Shown in pieces: positions 1-13,400 of a stretch of DNA of 64,000 bases. The position numbers and the translations under genes were made by a program. This DNA comes from Octopus vulgaris (taxonomy: Eukaryota): NCBI GenBank assembly GCA_951406725.2, contig OX597821.1, positions 40,920,001 through 40,984,000 of the forward strand, given 5' to 3'. Under the pieces are notes generated by a model, which had not been told where the DNA came from, did no database searches, and was given only the letters and a program-made list of their open reading frames with translations. Position 1 is the stretch's first letter, and the number at the start of each line of letters is the position of its first letter.

Positions 1-143
1 GGTTGACTTTGCCTTTCATCCTTTCGGGGTCGATTAAATAAGTACCAGTTATGCACTGGGGTCGATATAATTGACTTAATCCGTTTGTCTGTCTTTGTTT
101 GTCCCCTCTGTGTTTAGCCCCTTGTGGGTAGTAAAGAAATAGG
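1..143 (+). mobile_element. SINE family B, 3' part (runs off the window start)
   Basis: Body gactttgcctttcatcctttcggggtcgat..aagtaccag (resembles the Meta/MESC SINE domain, from memory) and tail ccccttgtgggtagtaaagaaatag, shared with about 8 other copies in the window. Confidence 0.9.
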
Positions 144-312
144 AATCTCGTCTGCTGCTATGTTCTGAGTTCAAATTCCTCCAAGGTCAACTTTTCCTTT
201 TGTGCTCTCAAGTTCGATATATTAAATACCAGTTGTGTACTGGGGTCGATTTAATTGACTCCCCCTCCCCCTAAAAAAATTTTAGGCCTTGTGCCTATAG
301 TAGAAAGGATTA
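144..312 (+). mobile_element. SINE family B' (variant tail), starting mid-head
   Basis: B-box gagttcaaattcc, same body as family B, alternative tail ggccttgtgcc..agaaaggatt as at 29437 and 59624. Confidence 0.8.
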
Positions 313-1406
313 AGAGAAATATAGTTTTTTTCTGAATATGAAATTATGGATAGAATGAAAGGAATTGGTTTTGATCCTCCTGACCAATGTCATTGTTTGT
401 GGCACCGGTGATATATAATTGACATTTTCTTTTATAATTCCTCATTAAAATTGGTGTAGATGAATTGTAATCAAGAATTATTTTTAAAGATGATGCCACG
501 TTATATTTCATTGAGTTTTTCAGTGAGTAGAAATTCTTTTAATGATTCTAGGTGTTGTTGTAAGCTAATGGTTTGCAGACAGTGCCTAGAGATGTTTAAA
601 GATTCTAAAAGTTATATCATTAACCAATGGTAAATAGTAACATTGATAAGACACATTTTAGCAAACCTTTAAAGAGAATATTTATTCTTTGCAGTAAAAT
701 CTGTCTTGGCATTGTTTGTTTTTTTATTTTGCTTGTTTCTGTCTTCACAAAAAAGAACCTTCCTTGCTGTGAAATAGGTTTTTCAATGCATAGAAATTAA
801 ATTAATCATCTTGTTATTTATTTTCCAACTTTTATAAAAGCATGAATTTAAATCACCAACTTTGCTCATGATAAGAAGTGAAGAAATTTGTGCATACTTC
901 ATACGACAAATTTTCAAAAGACTTTCTAGAAGAGATGTATTTTTTTATTAACGGTTTCCTGGATTGTCAATGCATTTTCTTTTCATAATACTTAAACAAT
1001 AATTGTAACATACTGAGAGACTGACATGATAGAATATATGATTTTGCTGCAATTCTGATGCTCTGAAGAAAACTTCAGGTGATTTCTATAGGACATTTCC
1101 CAGACAATGTGGTGCTAAAACTATATAAACAGAAATATTGAATTAACACCAAGAACTTGGTAAGTTACTGGCAGATGACAAGTGCTCAGCTAAATCTCTT
1201 CATCTTGGAAATTATCTTTCTTCATATTAAACATGATAAGTTGCAATTTAAAACCGAAAAGCACATCATGATCACAGATGACTTACACACTACAACCACA
1301 AATCTATCTCGTGCTGGCCAATCACATTTCCAATTACATTGCAGAGTAAATGTCTACCATTCCGTCTCCTTAAATTATGTTTTATAAATAATTTTTTTTA
1401 CATTTA

Positions 1407-1798
1407 TACTCTCTTTTACTCTTTTACTTGTTTCAGTCATTTGACTGTGGCCATGCTGGAGCACCGCTTTTAGTCAAGCAAATCGACCCCAGGACTTACT
1501 CTTTGTATGCCTAGTACTTATTCTATCGGTCTCTTTTGCCGAACCACTAGGTTACAGAGATGTAAACACACCAGCATTGGTTGTCAAGCGATGCTGGGGG
1601 GGGGGGGGGGGCACACAGACACACAAACACACACATACGTATATATATATATATATATATATATACGACGGGCTTCTTTCAGTTTCCATCTAACAAATAT
1701 ATTCACAAGGCTTTGGTCGGTCAGAGGCTATAGTAGAAAACACTTGCCCAAGGTGCCACACAGTGAGACTGAGCCCAGAACCATGTGGTTCGTAAGCG
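1407..1798 (-). mobile_element. SINE family A (tRNA-derived, CORE-like ccttgggcaagtg, internal TA/TG microsatellite, (GTAAAAGA)n tail)
   Basis: Reverse complement of the ~400-bp unit present about 20 times in the window; extreme 5' head missing. Confidence 0.9.
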
Positions 1799-2935
1799 AG
1801 CCAGTACCTAAAGTTACAATGTTTCATATATGAATACGTCTATGTAAACATTATGATCGAAGACAGAAAAATTGTGATGGGTGTATATGCATGTTTCAGG
1901 AGTTCTTGGACTTTCTTCAGTTCCACATCCAACCCGTTTACCATCCACAAATGCTTGGTAGTGTATTATTATGGTTGCAAAACGAAATACTGTCTCCCTG
2001 CCAGCAATTAATATAAATAATATAACTAATATAATTAATATAATTAATATAAATAAACTATTTCTAGCATTTCACTTCTAGTATTTTATCTCTATAAGAT
2101 AATCTATCAACCAAGTGATGATAACAGGTAAGGGATTCTGATAATGTAGAATATATAGCAAGGTGTTCCATCTTGGTTCAATGTTATCTTACCATATTAC
2201 TTGATCAGTAAAATTAATGTTCTTAGAGATTAGTAAAAATATGGTTTATCAAAACAAAAAGAAGCAGCGTAGGATATTGCCATGTGTTTCTACAACAAAG
2301 GTTAGACGATGTCATTGGTATCAGAATATTGTCATGATATTCAAAACTATGATTGATTGAAAACTCATCAATAACAAACCAGTCTAAGGAAGAAAAGAAA
2401 AATAATTGAAATAGAAGATTCTGGTAATCTAAATTAAAAGCAAAACGAAATGTCTTGTGAGGAATTAGGTCAGAATAATAACAACTATCTCGCCAAGTTG
2501 CAAACAAAAAGCTTTCGCAATTTAACATGTCTTATCAGAGAAAGAGTTGTGATTATTTTTCTCTATGTTTGTGAAAATATAAAAAAATAAGGTGTAAGTG
2601 AGAAAGAGATAGGAGGAAGAGTTATAAATATTTGAGGCAAAAAAACAGCAATATTTATTAGATATTTTATTCCATAGCAAAAGGATTCAACAAGCACAAC
2701 AAGCTATGAAAAACTAGATTAATAAAACAAATTGGTTTGTTTTATTAATTCCAATTATTTCTTATTGAATTATTTTCCTAAGTACAACACGTAAATATCT
2801 CATAGCTTTCCATTTCTAAACTGAAGGCTATCAATAGACACTGAAAATGTGGAAGAAAAGTGTATGACAGGAACCACTGCAGGAAAAAAACCACTGTTTG
2901 CTGCACAAACCTGCTCAAGATGCATTGAATAATCA

Positions 2936-3147
2936 ACCCCTTTGTATTTACACTGGCCGTATCTGGTCAAAATATTCCATCTGTGTTATATTCAAATTGG
3001 CTTGATCCGACCTCTCACACCTATCCCACAATGTCTTTCTTGAAATAAACAATCACATCATCAGAATCTCAAAGCTACAAGATAGTGCATGAAACAATGT
3101 AAATAAATGAGCAATACATTTGACTGCATAATCTGAATGCTAAAGAC
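2936..3147. mobile_element. Degenerate piggyBac-like MITE
   Basis: Imperfect terminal inverted repeats ccctttgtattta / tgaatgctaaagac, TTAA at the right end and TCAA at the left. Confidence 0.45.
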
Positions 3148-3170
3148 TTAATTCAAGCCCTTCTTAAAAC

Positions 3171-3526
3171 ATGGTCACACTGGGCAGTGTCCCAGGAGTT
3201 TTATGAGTCTAGGGATCTAATCCCAATCTATGGTCATGCTGGGCAGTGTCCCAGGAGCATTATGGGTCTAGGGACCTAATCTCAATCTATGGTCATGCTG
3301 GGCAGTGTCCCAGGAGCATTATGAGTCTAGGGACCCAATTCCAGCCTATGGTCATTCTGAGCAGTGTCCCAGGAGCCTTGTGGGTCTAGGGACCTAATCC
3401 CAATCTATGGTCATGTTGGGCAGTGTCCCAGGAGCCTTATGGGTCTAGGGACCCAATTCCAATCTATGGTCATGCTGGGCAGTGTCCTAGGAACCTTATG
3501 GGTCTAGGGACCCAATTCCAATCTAT
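3171..3526. repeat. Minisatellite, 59-bp unit x6
   Basis: tgggcagtgtcccaggagc..tatgggtctagggacc.aat.ccaatctatggtcatgc recurs at 3181, 3240, 3299, 3358, 3417, 3476. Confidence 0.97.
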
Positions 3527-3673
3527 GTATGCTGTAGCTTGCTCTTCATAAATAATTACTATAGGAGTTAGTGAATTGGTTTACACTGGGGCCTATAATT
3601 CTAATTTTCTTTCAAAACTATAGGTAGTTTTGTTTCAGACCCTATATCAAAAACGCTGCACCCATGACCTTAA

Positions 3674-4045
3674 GCAGGTATGGCTGTGTGCTAAGAAGTT
3701 TGCTTTCCAACAACATGGTTTGTGGTTCAGTTCCACTGCTTGACACCTTTGGCAAGTGTCTTCTACTGTAGCCTTGGACTGACCAAAGCCTTGTGAGTGG
3801 ATTTAGCAGATGGAAACTGAAAGAAGCCCATTGTGCGTGTGTGTGTGTGTCCACTACCTCCAATTAACAACCAGTCTCAATGTGTTTACATCACAGTAAC
3901 TTAGCAGTGAAGCAAAAGAGACTGGTGGAACAAGTTCCAGGCTTTAAAGAAATGTCCTGGGGTAAATTCATTTGACTAAAGTTCCTCAAAGTGGTACACC
4001 AGCATGGCCACAGTCTAATGATTGAAACAATAAAAAAACAAAAGG
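3674..4045 (+). mobile_element. SINE family A, older diverged copy
   Basis: A-box tggctgtgtgctaag, B-box ggttcagttcc, 3' ccagcatggccacagtc..gaaac. Confidence 0.85.
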
Positions 4046-4307
4046 TAAAGCATATGACTACCTTTATCGTTCATAAAATGCTCCTCCAAGCTACATTATC
4101 CAATGTATCCATTTTTTTACCTTTTGTAAATATAGGTGCAGGAGTGGCTGTGCTAAGTAGCTTGCTTACCAACCACATGGTTCTGGGTTCAGTCCCACTG
4201 CATGGCACCTTGGGCAAGTGTCTTCTACTATAGCCTTGGGCTAACCAAAGCATTGTGAGTGGATTTGGTAAACAGAAACTGAAAGAATCCCATTGTATAT
4301 GTATGTA

Positions 4308-5623
4308 TTGTGTTGGCAACTAAGTTCCCACCGTTTTTTTTTTAAATTTAAATTTTCTAAAAGGTTTAATGAAAAATGACAACTAATTAATCAATAATGT
4401 ATTCACCCTTGTTATTTATAACTTCTTCTCAACGTTCAACAAGATTTTCAATACCTCTTTGGTAGAAATCACCCGATTTTGACTTGAAAAATTGATCCAG
4501 TCAAGCTCTCAATTCTGCATCATTATTGAATGAAACTCCATGCATTGCATTTGAAAGAGATCTAAAGAGGTGGAAATGCATTGGTGCCAAATCAGGAGAT
4601 TATGGTGGGTGTGGCAGCACTTCCCAGCCATGCATTTGAATGGCTTACTTGGTCATATTGGCGATATGAGGGCGGGTGTTGTCATGCAGCAGAAGAACTC
4701 CATGCTGCCAATTAGGTCTTTTCTCTTGAATAGCCATGTTGAGTTGTTCCATCTGTTGAACATACAGTTCCATATTGACCGTTTGGTTCCATTCAAGCAA
4801 TTTATAATGGATAATCTCTTCTCAGTCCCACCATATGCACAACATCGTTTTACGCAGATAAAGATCTTGTTTCATGTGCAGTGTCACTTGTTTACCGGGA
4901 CTAAGCCATTCCTTATGCTGCTTCTTATTCGTGTACAGGCACCATTTTCCATCACCAGTAATGATTCGGTAAAGAAATTGCTGCATGTGTCCATGAGTTA
5001 AGCGGTGAGGAGAAAGCAAATCAGCAGAGATTGTGGATCATTGATTTTTGTTGTTGTCACTTAAAGCATGCAGAACCCATGCTCCATACTTCTGAATCTT
5101 TCCTCTTGAGTGAAGATGCTTCTCTATAGCAGTATGGGAGCATTCCATTTTCTCTGCCAGTTCCCTTGTCGATTGACCAGAATTTTCATGCAAAAGTTGG
5201 TTTAATCACTCTTCATCAAACTCAACTGGACGGCCAGAATGAGATGTGTCTTTGAGGTCAAAATTTCCATTTTTCACTTGGCATACCAATCATGAGCAGT
5301 TCTTTCAGCTATGGCACCCTCTCCATACACAGCACAAATGTTGCGAACAGCTTTTGCAGCCTTAGAACCTTGATTAAAAGCAAAAGGAAGGAGGTGTCGA
5401 AAATGCTCATTTTTCTTAACTTGACATTCCATTTTAATGATCTGAAACTAAACAAAAATTAACTATAAAATTAACTAGGAAAAAAACAAAATAGATTCCA
5501 ATATGATTCAAAAATAGAATTCTAAAAAAAAACAGATTCAAAAATTTAAAAACACAATAAATTCCACAACTAAGTTCCTGCCATTTTCTTAAATTGTGGA
5601 ATTTATTGCGTTTTTAAATTTGA
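4308..5623 (-). mobile_element. Mariner (DD34D type) DNA transposon, near full length, decayed
   Basis: TA followed by TIR ttgtgttggcaactaagttccc at 4306-4330; about 1.3 kb; transposase remnants on the minus strand; right end rearranged. Confidence 0.93.
4387..5432 (-). pseudogene. Mariner transposase pseudogene (several stops)
   Basis: MECQVKKNEHFRHLL.., AWVLHAL (WVPHEL), RIITGDGKWCLY, LLLHDN, PHPP*SPDLAP..HLF, ..NKGEYIID*. Confidence 0.92.
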
Positions 5624-6369
5624 GTGTGTGTGTTTTTGTGTCTGTGTTTATCCCCACCATCACTTGACAATCGATGTTGGTGTGTTTATGTCCCCATAAC
5701 TTAGTGGTTCAGCAAAAGAGACCAATAGAATAAGTACTAGGCTTACAAAGAATAAGTCCCGGGTTTGACTCGTTCGACTACAGTCGGTGCTCCAGCATGG
5801 CCGCAATCAAAATGGCTGAAACAAATAAAAGAAAAAGAGAAAAGAATAAAAGAATAGCAAAGAGGTATTTGAAGTAGATTTGATGGGATTAAAGGCAGAT
5901 TTTGCTGCTTAATCTAATTGCTGCGTTTGTCTATACATGGAATATCAACCCCTAACACCTTGCTTAATTTCAGCAAGAATAATTCCCAGTTACTTCAGCT
6001 TCAATACTTTATTTCCTTATAATTCAAAGTCCCCTTCTGTCTGTACTGCTCCCTAAACCCCTTCCAATCATTATCAGCCATTCGAATATCTCTCATCTTG
6101 TATTGAACACCTCTAACTCGGTTCAGTTCTCTGAAAGGAAACTTCAATGCAACCGTCTTTTCTTAGATCTTGCCTGCTAGCCACCCCACCCCACCCCCGC
6201 CACCACCACCATCGTCATCACTGCCGCACCAACACTGCCATCATCATCATCATCATCATCTTAAAGCTGGTTGTCTCTGTTGCTGTCTTTGCCAAACACA
6301 GAAAGAATAAAAGTAGTGAGATACTGTGAGAGCCATCCAAACCAAACCAGCATAAAACAACAAATGTAT

Positions 6370-6379
6370 TATGATGATA

Positions 6380-6428
<49 letters not shown>

Positions 6429-6800
6429 CGATGATGATAATTGTGTCGACAATGATGACAACGATGGTGATGATAATGATGATGATAATGATGACGACAA
6501 TGACAACAACGATGGTGAAGATAATGATGATGATGACAACGATGATGATGATAATGATGACAATGATGATGATTATGACGACAATGATGACAACGATGGT
6601 GATAATGATGATGATGATGATGATGATGATCGTGATAATGATGACAATGATGATGATGATGGTGAGGATGATGATGATGATGACGCCGATGACAACAAGG
6701 ATGGCAACAATGGCGATGATAATGATGACAATGATGACGATGATAATGATGACAATGTTGATGATGACAAAAACGACAATGATGATGATGATGATGATGC
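6370..6800. repeat. (GAT/GAC/AAT)n trinucleotide tract
   Basis: About 430 bp of degenerate GAT repeats; source of the poly-D/M/S ORFs. Confidence 0.97.
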
Positions 6801-7883
6801 CTTTTAGTTAGATCTGTCTTTGCTAAGCTGTCATGTTACCTGCTCTTTTAGTTTGTGTGACAGGTTTCATCAAGAAGGCAGCCACACCTACTCTTCATGT
6901 CTTTAAAATGACAGACAGGCAGCTTCCACAAATTCAAACGACACCAAATATCAACTATCAGGAGATTTGTAATAAGGTTGGGCAATTACAGCTGAAAACA
7001 AACATGATACTAACAAATTTTTGTCATGTTTCTGATATTTTTCTTCATAAATATACAAATGTCAGTTATTTTCTTTTTTTATTTTTTTTTTTTATTTTAT
7101 TTGAAAGAACAAGGTGAACTGGTAGACATGATATGAGGAAATGAAGACTGTGTGTGTCCACAAGAAGGTCATTGAAAGTAGTAAGTTCAATATAGACAGG
7201 AAGATTTAAGGTCAAGACCAAAATTAATTTTCGATAACATCATCATGGCTTTGTTGAAATCAATGCAAATCTACTTGTTGGAAAACCTCTCTGACATTCA
7301 ACACAACGGCTGTCCTTTCAGGAAATCATCTGAAGATAAAATAATCTGTTGATGTCAAGCACTAAGGTATTTCCGCAAACCTGAATAGGTGACAGGAAAA
7401 CAAAAGTGAAAGTACTTTGCTTTTTCTAGTTTGGTCTTCGTATCAACACAGATAAGTGAATCGAAGTTTTCTTTTATGAAATCATTTTCATTCATTAGAA
7501 AATGTCCCAAAGATACCTTCTGTAAAGGATCTATAGATAAATATCACAGAGTAGTCGAAGCAGGGGCAGCTGAAGAAGGGATATATTCCTTGTGTTGTAT
7601 GTCTTGTACTCTGTTTTTTCGTTGTTTGAAAAATGTCCATTTCCATGGTTTTGTTTTTATATTTTTATGTTTTCATTTCTCATTGTGTTCTACATTTTTT
7701 TGGTGTCCTATACCGATATATGCATGTATATATACATATAGATGTAGGTATGTACATATATGTATGTATATATGCATATGTTTTATTTATTATTTTGTTA
7801 TTAGCATACTTAATACTGAAAACAAATTGAATTATATGATATTTTATCTGACACTGATGAAAAAAAATACCAGTGTTTATGAA

Positions 7884-8141
7884 TCTTTCGTTTTTGGATT
7901 TGGTTTGCAAGATTCTTTTTATGAGTTCGTGTGTTGAAGCATATTCTGTTGTGTCTGGGGAGAGTAATTTTCTTTTTGTGCCTTATTATGTAACACACAC
8001 ACCAGTCAAAACTATTGAAAAGGTTGCAAGACACAACAAAAATTTTAGGACAATAAAAATATGAAAAAAGTGGAAATTTTACCGGTGAGTATGTTAAATT
8101 ATAAGGCACAAGAAGAAAATGACTCTCCCCAGACACAACAG
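7884..8141. mobile_element. Fold-back retro-insertion (family F, probably Penelope-related) with 12-bp TSD
   Basis: agtgtttatgaa at 7872-7883 and 8142-8153; inverted arms 7945-8011 and 8077-8142; homologous copy at 37688. Confidence 0.75.
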
Positions 8142-8494
8142 AGTGTTTATGAAAATTCTCTTAAATGGGACAAGGGAGAGAACCTTGAAATGTCAATGAA
8201 AAAAAATAATAATAAAGGGAGATAATCAAGCAGCTTTAGAGATTGTGATGAAAGAAAACCTACTTGAAGCTGAAATTTCCATTGAAGTTTGAAAGTCTAA
8301 AAGATGAAAAGAATCCTTCATTATGTATCCTGAGCTGTGTGTTGACATGTATTTCTAGCATTGTTTGGGTTCCTGAATCAAATCTGCATCAATTTCAGCA
8401 GTTGATTATTTGATTCTAAGCCTGATCAATATCATTGTTAGTTCCACTCTTATCAGTGAAACCATCTCCAACAACACCAAAACCACCCTACTAT

Positions 8495-9000
8495 ACCCCC
8501 ACCCACCCCTCAACCACCACCACTACCACCACCATTATCATCATCATCATCATCATCACCATGTCACCTACAACAATATACTTCATCACCAATTTCATTA
8601 TTAGATCCTGACAGCAACATCCTAATCACAAGCAGTACCACCATCACCACTACCATCACCATCATTGTCACCACCACCACTACCACTATCACCACCACCA
8701 ACCACTACCATCATCACCATTGCTGCCACCACTGCCACCATCGCTATTGCCACCACCACCACCACCATCACCATTGCTGCTACCTCTGCCACCTTTGCTA
8801 TTGCTACCATCAATACCACCACCATCACCTCCACCACCACCACCACCACCACCACCACCACCACCACCACCATCACCATTGCTGCCACCACTGCCACCAT
8901 CACCACCACAACCACAACCACCACCACCACCTCTATCATCACCACTACAACTACCACCACCACCATCACCACCACCAACATCATCATCACCACCATCTCA
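8495..9000. repeat. (CAC/CAT)n trinucleotide tracts
   Basis: Degenerate CAC repeats at 8495-8562 and 8635-9000; source of the poly-T/P/V ORFs. Confidence 0.95.
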
Positions 9001-9275
9001 ACACAGCATTAACGCCATGACTTTCTCTGCTGCTATTCCTTCTAATCTAAAAACCATTTCTTTTCGCTCCAATAATATTGATTGTGTTGATTATGAGGAA
9101 TGACAGTTCCGTATTTACATTGCTGGACACACACAACCAAAATTCTGATACGGAATCCTACACCAGGACACTTTAATATGAACACGTAAGTTTATTTGCA
9201 AGACAAATAGAAGAATTTAGTGTTCCATTTCATTATGGAATTGTCATTTAGTTCTTCTGTAAACTCAGCTCAAGC

Positions 9276-9804
9276 AGATCTATGATCAAAGCATTCCATT
9301 TATGACCATCCCACCTTATTTTTCAGTTTATATAAGTGGAGATATATTATATGCACTTTTACGGTCACCATCCAGGTGGCAGAATTTTGACCTCTGTGGG
9401 GGAGGTCAGTTTCTTGCTTGTGGATGAGGGATTGAACGATGTGAAGGTAGAGACCTATGATCAAAGCATTCCATTTATGACCATCCCACCTTCTTTTTCA
9501 GTTTATATAAGTGGAGATATATTATATGCACTTTTGAAGTCACCATCCAGGTGGCAGAATTTTGACCTCTGTGGGGGAGGTCAGTTTCTTGCTTGTGGAT
9601 GAGGGATTGAACGATGTGAAGGTGGAGACCTATGATCAAGGCATTCCATTTATGACCATCCCACCTTCTTTTTCAGTTTATATAAGTGGAGATATATTAT
9701 ATGCACTTTTGAAGTCACCATCCGGTTGGCAGAATTTTGACCCCTGTGGGGGAGGTCAGCTCCTTGCTTGTGGGTGAGGGATTGAACGATGTGAAGGTGG
9801 AGAC
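9276..9804. repeat. Tandem triplication, 175-bp unit x3
   Basis: tatgatcaa.gcattccatttatgacc starts at 9281, 9456 and 9631; units nearly identical. Confidence 0.97.
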
Positions 9805-10399
9805 AGGCAGGTGAAGAGGACCTAAATGGCAACTCATATCTATTGGGTGGAGGGGAAAGAAAGAGAAAAGGAGCTGTAAGAGATAGACAATGGCCATGAG
9901 GTGCTTAGGTGACCCCACGAGGCACAAGATAAGTTGAAGAATCAGTTTGCATGATTGTATGGGAAGGAGAAGGAGGGGATGGTGGATAGGGGTGAGAAGT
10001 AGACTGCTGGAAGGTGTAGGATTGAAGGGTGGATGAACAAGGTGTCAGTGGGGAGATAGAAAGATGAGAGTAGGGGTGAGAAGTAGGAAGACTGAAGATA
10101 GTACAGTTATTGGAGGGGAAGGACAAGGGTGAGGGATGACACAGATGGTATTCTGCAAGTGCCAGGGGTGTGGGGACAAGGAGAAGAAGCAGGCCTAATG
10201 CATGGGAGAGGGGGATGAGTCATTTAGCAACCGGCACTCCTTTATACCGCTGTCCTCATCCACGTGCATCACATGTCCATACCAGTGCAGTTTTTTATCT
10301 TGCATGCAGCATCTGGTTCCTCTTCTCCCCAGTTTTTCACTCAGCTCTTTTCTACTAATTCCTTCCTGCACACTCAAATTGCACATCCAACACAGCATG

Positions 10400-10616
10400 G
10401 AAATGTTAGCACGTCGGGTGAAATGCTTAGCGGTATTTCGTCTGCGTTACGTTGTGAGTTTGAATTCCGCCGAGGTCGACTTTGCCTTTCATCCTTTCGG
10501 GGTCGATAAATTAAGTACCAGTTACGCAATGGGGTCGATGTAATCGACTTAATACCTATGTCTGTCCTTGTTTGTCCCCTCTGTGTTTAGCCCCTTGTGG
10601 GTAATAAAGAAATAGG
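10400..10616 (+). mobile_element. SINE family B inside the RTE
   Basis: Head gaaatgttagcacg, body and gtaataaagaaatagg tail. Confidence 0.92.
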
Positions 10617-11328
10617 TACTATGCTATACTTTCAGAGCAGCCATCTCCCTTACTAATTATAGATCCTAGGTGACAAAACCCTATCAACAACTTCTAATGA
10701 GCCATCTGGACATTTAAGACACTCTATTTCCAGTGTGTTCCTAGAAACTGCTTCAGTGCCTCTACTGCAAATGAAGTTTATACTTCCTGATAATCTGCCA
10801 GTGATCCCATTATATCTGCTGTGATGTGTTCATAGCTTACATGAGTACAGCATATGGAATTTATACCTGTTTCTTTTCTGCATATCAAAGAAGGCATTTC
10901 TCAGAAGATACCAGGGTCCTGTCTTATTTCCTACTGACTAAAACCCTTGTCTTTGCTAAGTTTACCTTAAGGCCTCTCAATTTCAGGTTTAACCTCTAAT
11001 TCTGGAATTTCTTCTCTAATGCCCCAATAGTCATCTATGAGAACTAGATCATCAGCTTACAAGAGTTCCTGTTGACAGCCAGTCTTAAGCTTCTCTGTAA
11101 TGGATTGTAGGACCAAGAGTGAATAGGAGAGGACTGAGGACTGAAACTTGATTGACTCCTGCCTTCATGTTAAATTCTTCACTAAAGTCATTGCCATCTC
11201 TCACTTTACTTACAACTTTCTTGTACATAGCTTGAACTGCCTGCATAAGCCATTCATCTGTTTCTAGATTAAACAGAGCCACCAAATTACTGAACATGGT
11301 ACCCTGTCAAATGCTTTCGCCAAATCAA

Positions 11329-11695
11329 AAGATGCTTGCGTAGTATACTTAAAATTAGATGGCCTGAACACATAAGCAATATAAAACTTTGGCAAAGAAC
11401 AAATCAAGTTTTGATTAGGGAGTAAATATTGAAGAAAAAGTGGAAGTGGATTGGTAGCACAATTAGAAAAAACACATCAAATGTAGCGAAAAGTGCTTTA
11501 CAGTGGATTCTAGATGGATATAGGAAGAAAGGTAGGCCTAAGAACTCATGGCAGAGATCAACACAAAAGGAACTAGAGAAAGGGAGACATTCATGGTAGA
11601 GTATAGGTGCAGAAGTGAAAAGTTATGCGACATGGAATTCAACTATAAGTGGCCCATAATCCACGTTGGAGGGTTAAAGGCAGAAGAAGAAGAAG
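11329..11695 (+). mobile_element. Second RTE-clade LINE 3' end with (GAA)n tail and TSD aaatcaa
   Basis: LRSILKIRWPEHISN..KWKWIG..RKKGRPKNSW; TSD at 11322-11328 and 11696-11702. Confidence 0.88.
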
Positions 11696-12639
11696 AAATC
11701 AACAAATACCAGGTATAACAGTTTACTCTTAGCTAAGTATTTCTCTTACAGCTGCCTCAGAAGGAATATTACATCAATGGTACCTCTTCCAGGAACAAAA
11801 CCAAATTGCACCTCATATTCAACTACTGTATATCATATGTCCAAAGACTTATAATATTCTGTTCAATTAATGTATATTACATGATGGTAAATAATGGATC
11901 TCCATCAGCTGCAATGATGAGCATTCAGTTATTTAATAATCAACTTAATTACCAGCTCATGTAAATGGCTGAATATTCCATAGATATGTGTGCAATTAAC
12001 GTAATCTTCATGTAAAATCATCATAACATACCGAGTTACAATCTGTTACAATCTGTCTGAAAGGCTTCCATACAGTTTCTATCTAACTTCACTCACAATG
12101 CTTGGGTCAAACTGAACAACGATGCCAGCCAAATGCTAAGACCAAACTTGAGACCCCATGATTGTGAAGTGAATGCCTCAAACATTCAGCTCTGTTGCAT
12201 CCACTACATTCAACATACATACTAGTAGTATACTGACGAAGCCAACGCGTATCACTGGTATTTGTATTATTGATTCCGGAAGGATAAATAGCAAAGTTGG
12301 TTGCCATAAAGTTTAAATTCAGAATATAAGAGTAGAAGAAAACGAAATAGTGTGTGGCATTAAGTCAGCTGACTCAATTCTGTCATTCTTGTCCTATAAT
12401 CATTACTAAATGGTTACTGCTTGTTTTACATTAACTTGAAAGCTTTCCTTAAAAGTATTTGGTAATTGAAGCCATAAGAACTGTCAAAATGATGCCAGTC
12501 ATATGTAGACCGTTCTTGCTATTTTACAGTTTCATGAAAGCTGATAAACAGTCAAGGAAACTAAATTGAAGCTGATTACAATTGGTTAAGAATGTATTTC
12601 GGTCTCTCTCTATATGGGAATATCTGTGCATGTGAGTAT

Positions 12640-13400
<761 letters not shown>

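Larger units (their letters stand above)
4135..5856 (+). mobile_element. SINE family A split by a mariner (5' half 4135-4307, 3' half 5622-5856)
   Basis: The two halves rejoin across the internal TA/TG microsatellite. Confidence 0.85.
10195..11816 (-). mobile_element. RTE-clade LINE, 5'-truncated RT pseudogene carrying two nested inserts
   Basis: QFGFVPGRGTIDVIFLLRQL, VFVDLAKAFDRVP, GVNQVSVLSPLLF, ADDLVL, C-terminal WMCNLS..LHWYGHVMH. Confidence 0.9.

Noticed and set aside
6271-6811. 178-aa Asp-rich ORF and overlapping poly-M/poly-S ORFs
   Set aside because: Pure GAT-type microsatellite that is open in several frames; no unique coding sequence or splice support
7568-7600. CTGAAGA plus short stem as a hammerhead
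   Set aside because: No GAAA/UH half follows
8622-9103. Poly-T/P/V mucin- or extensin-like ORFs
   Set aside because: CAC microsatellite artefact
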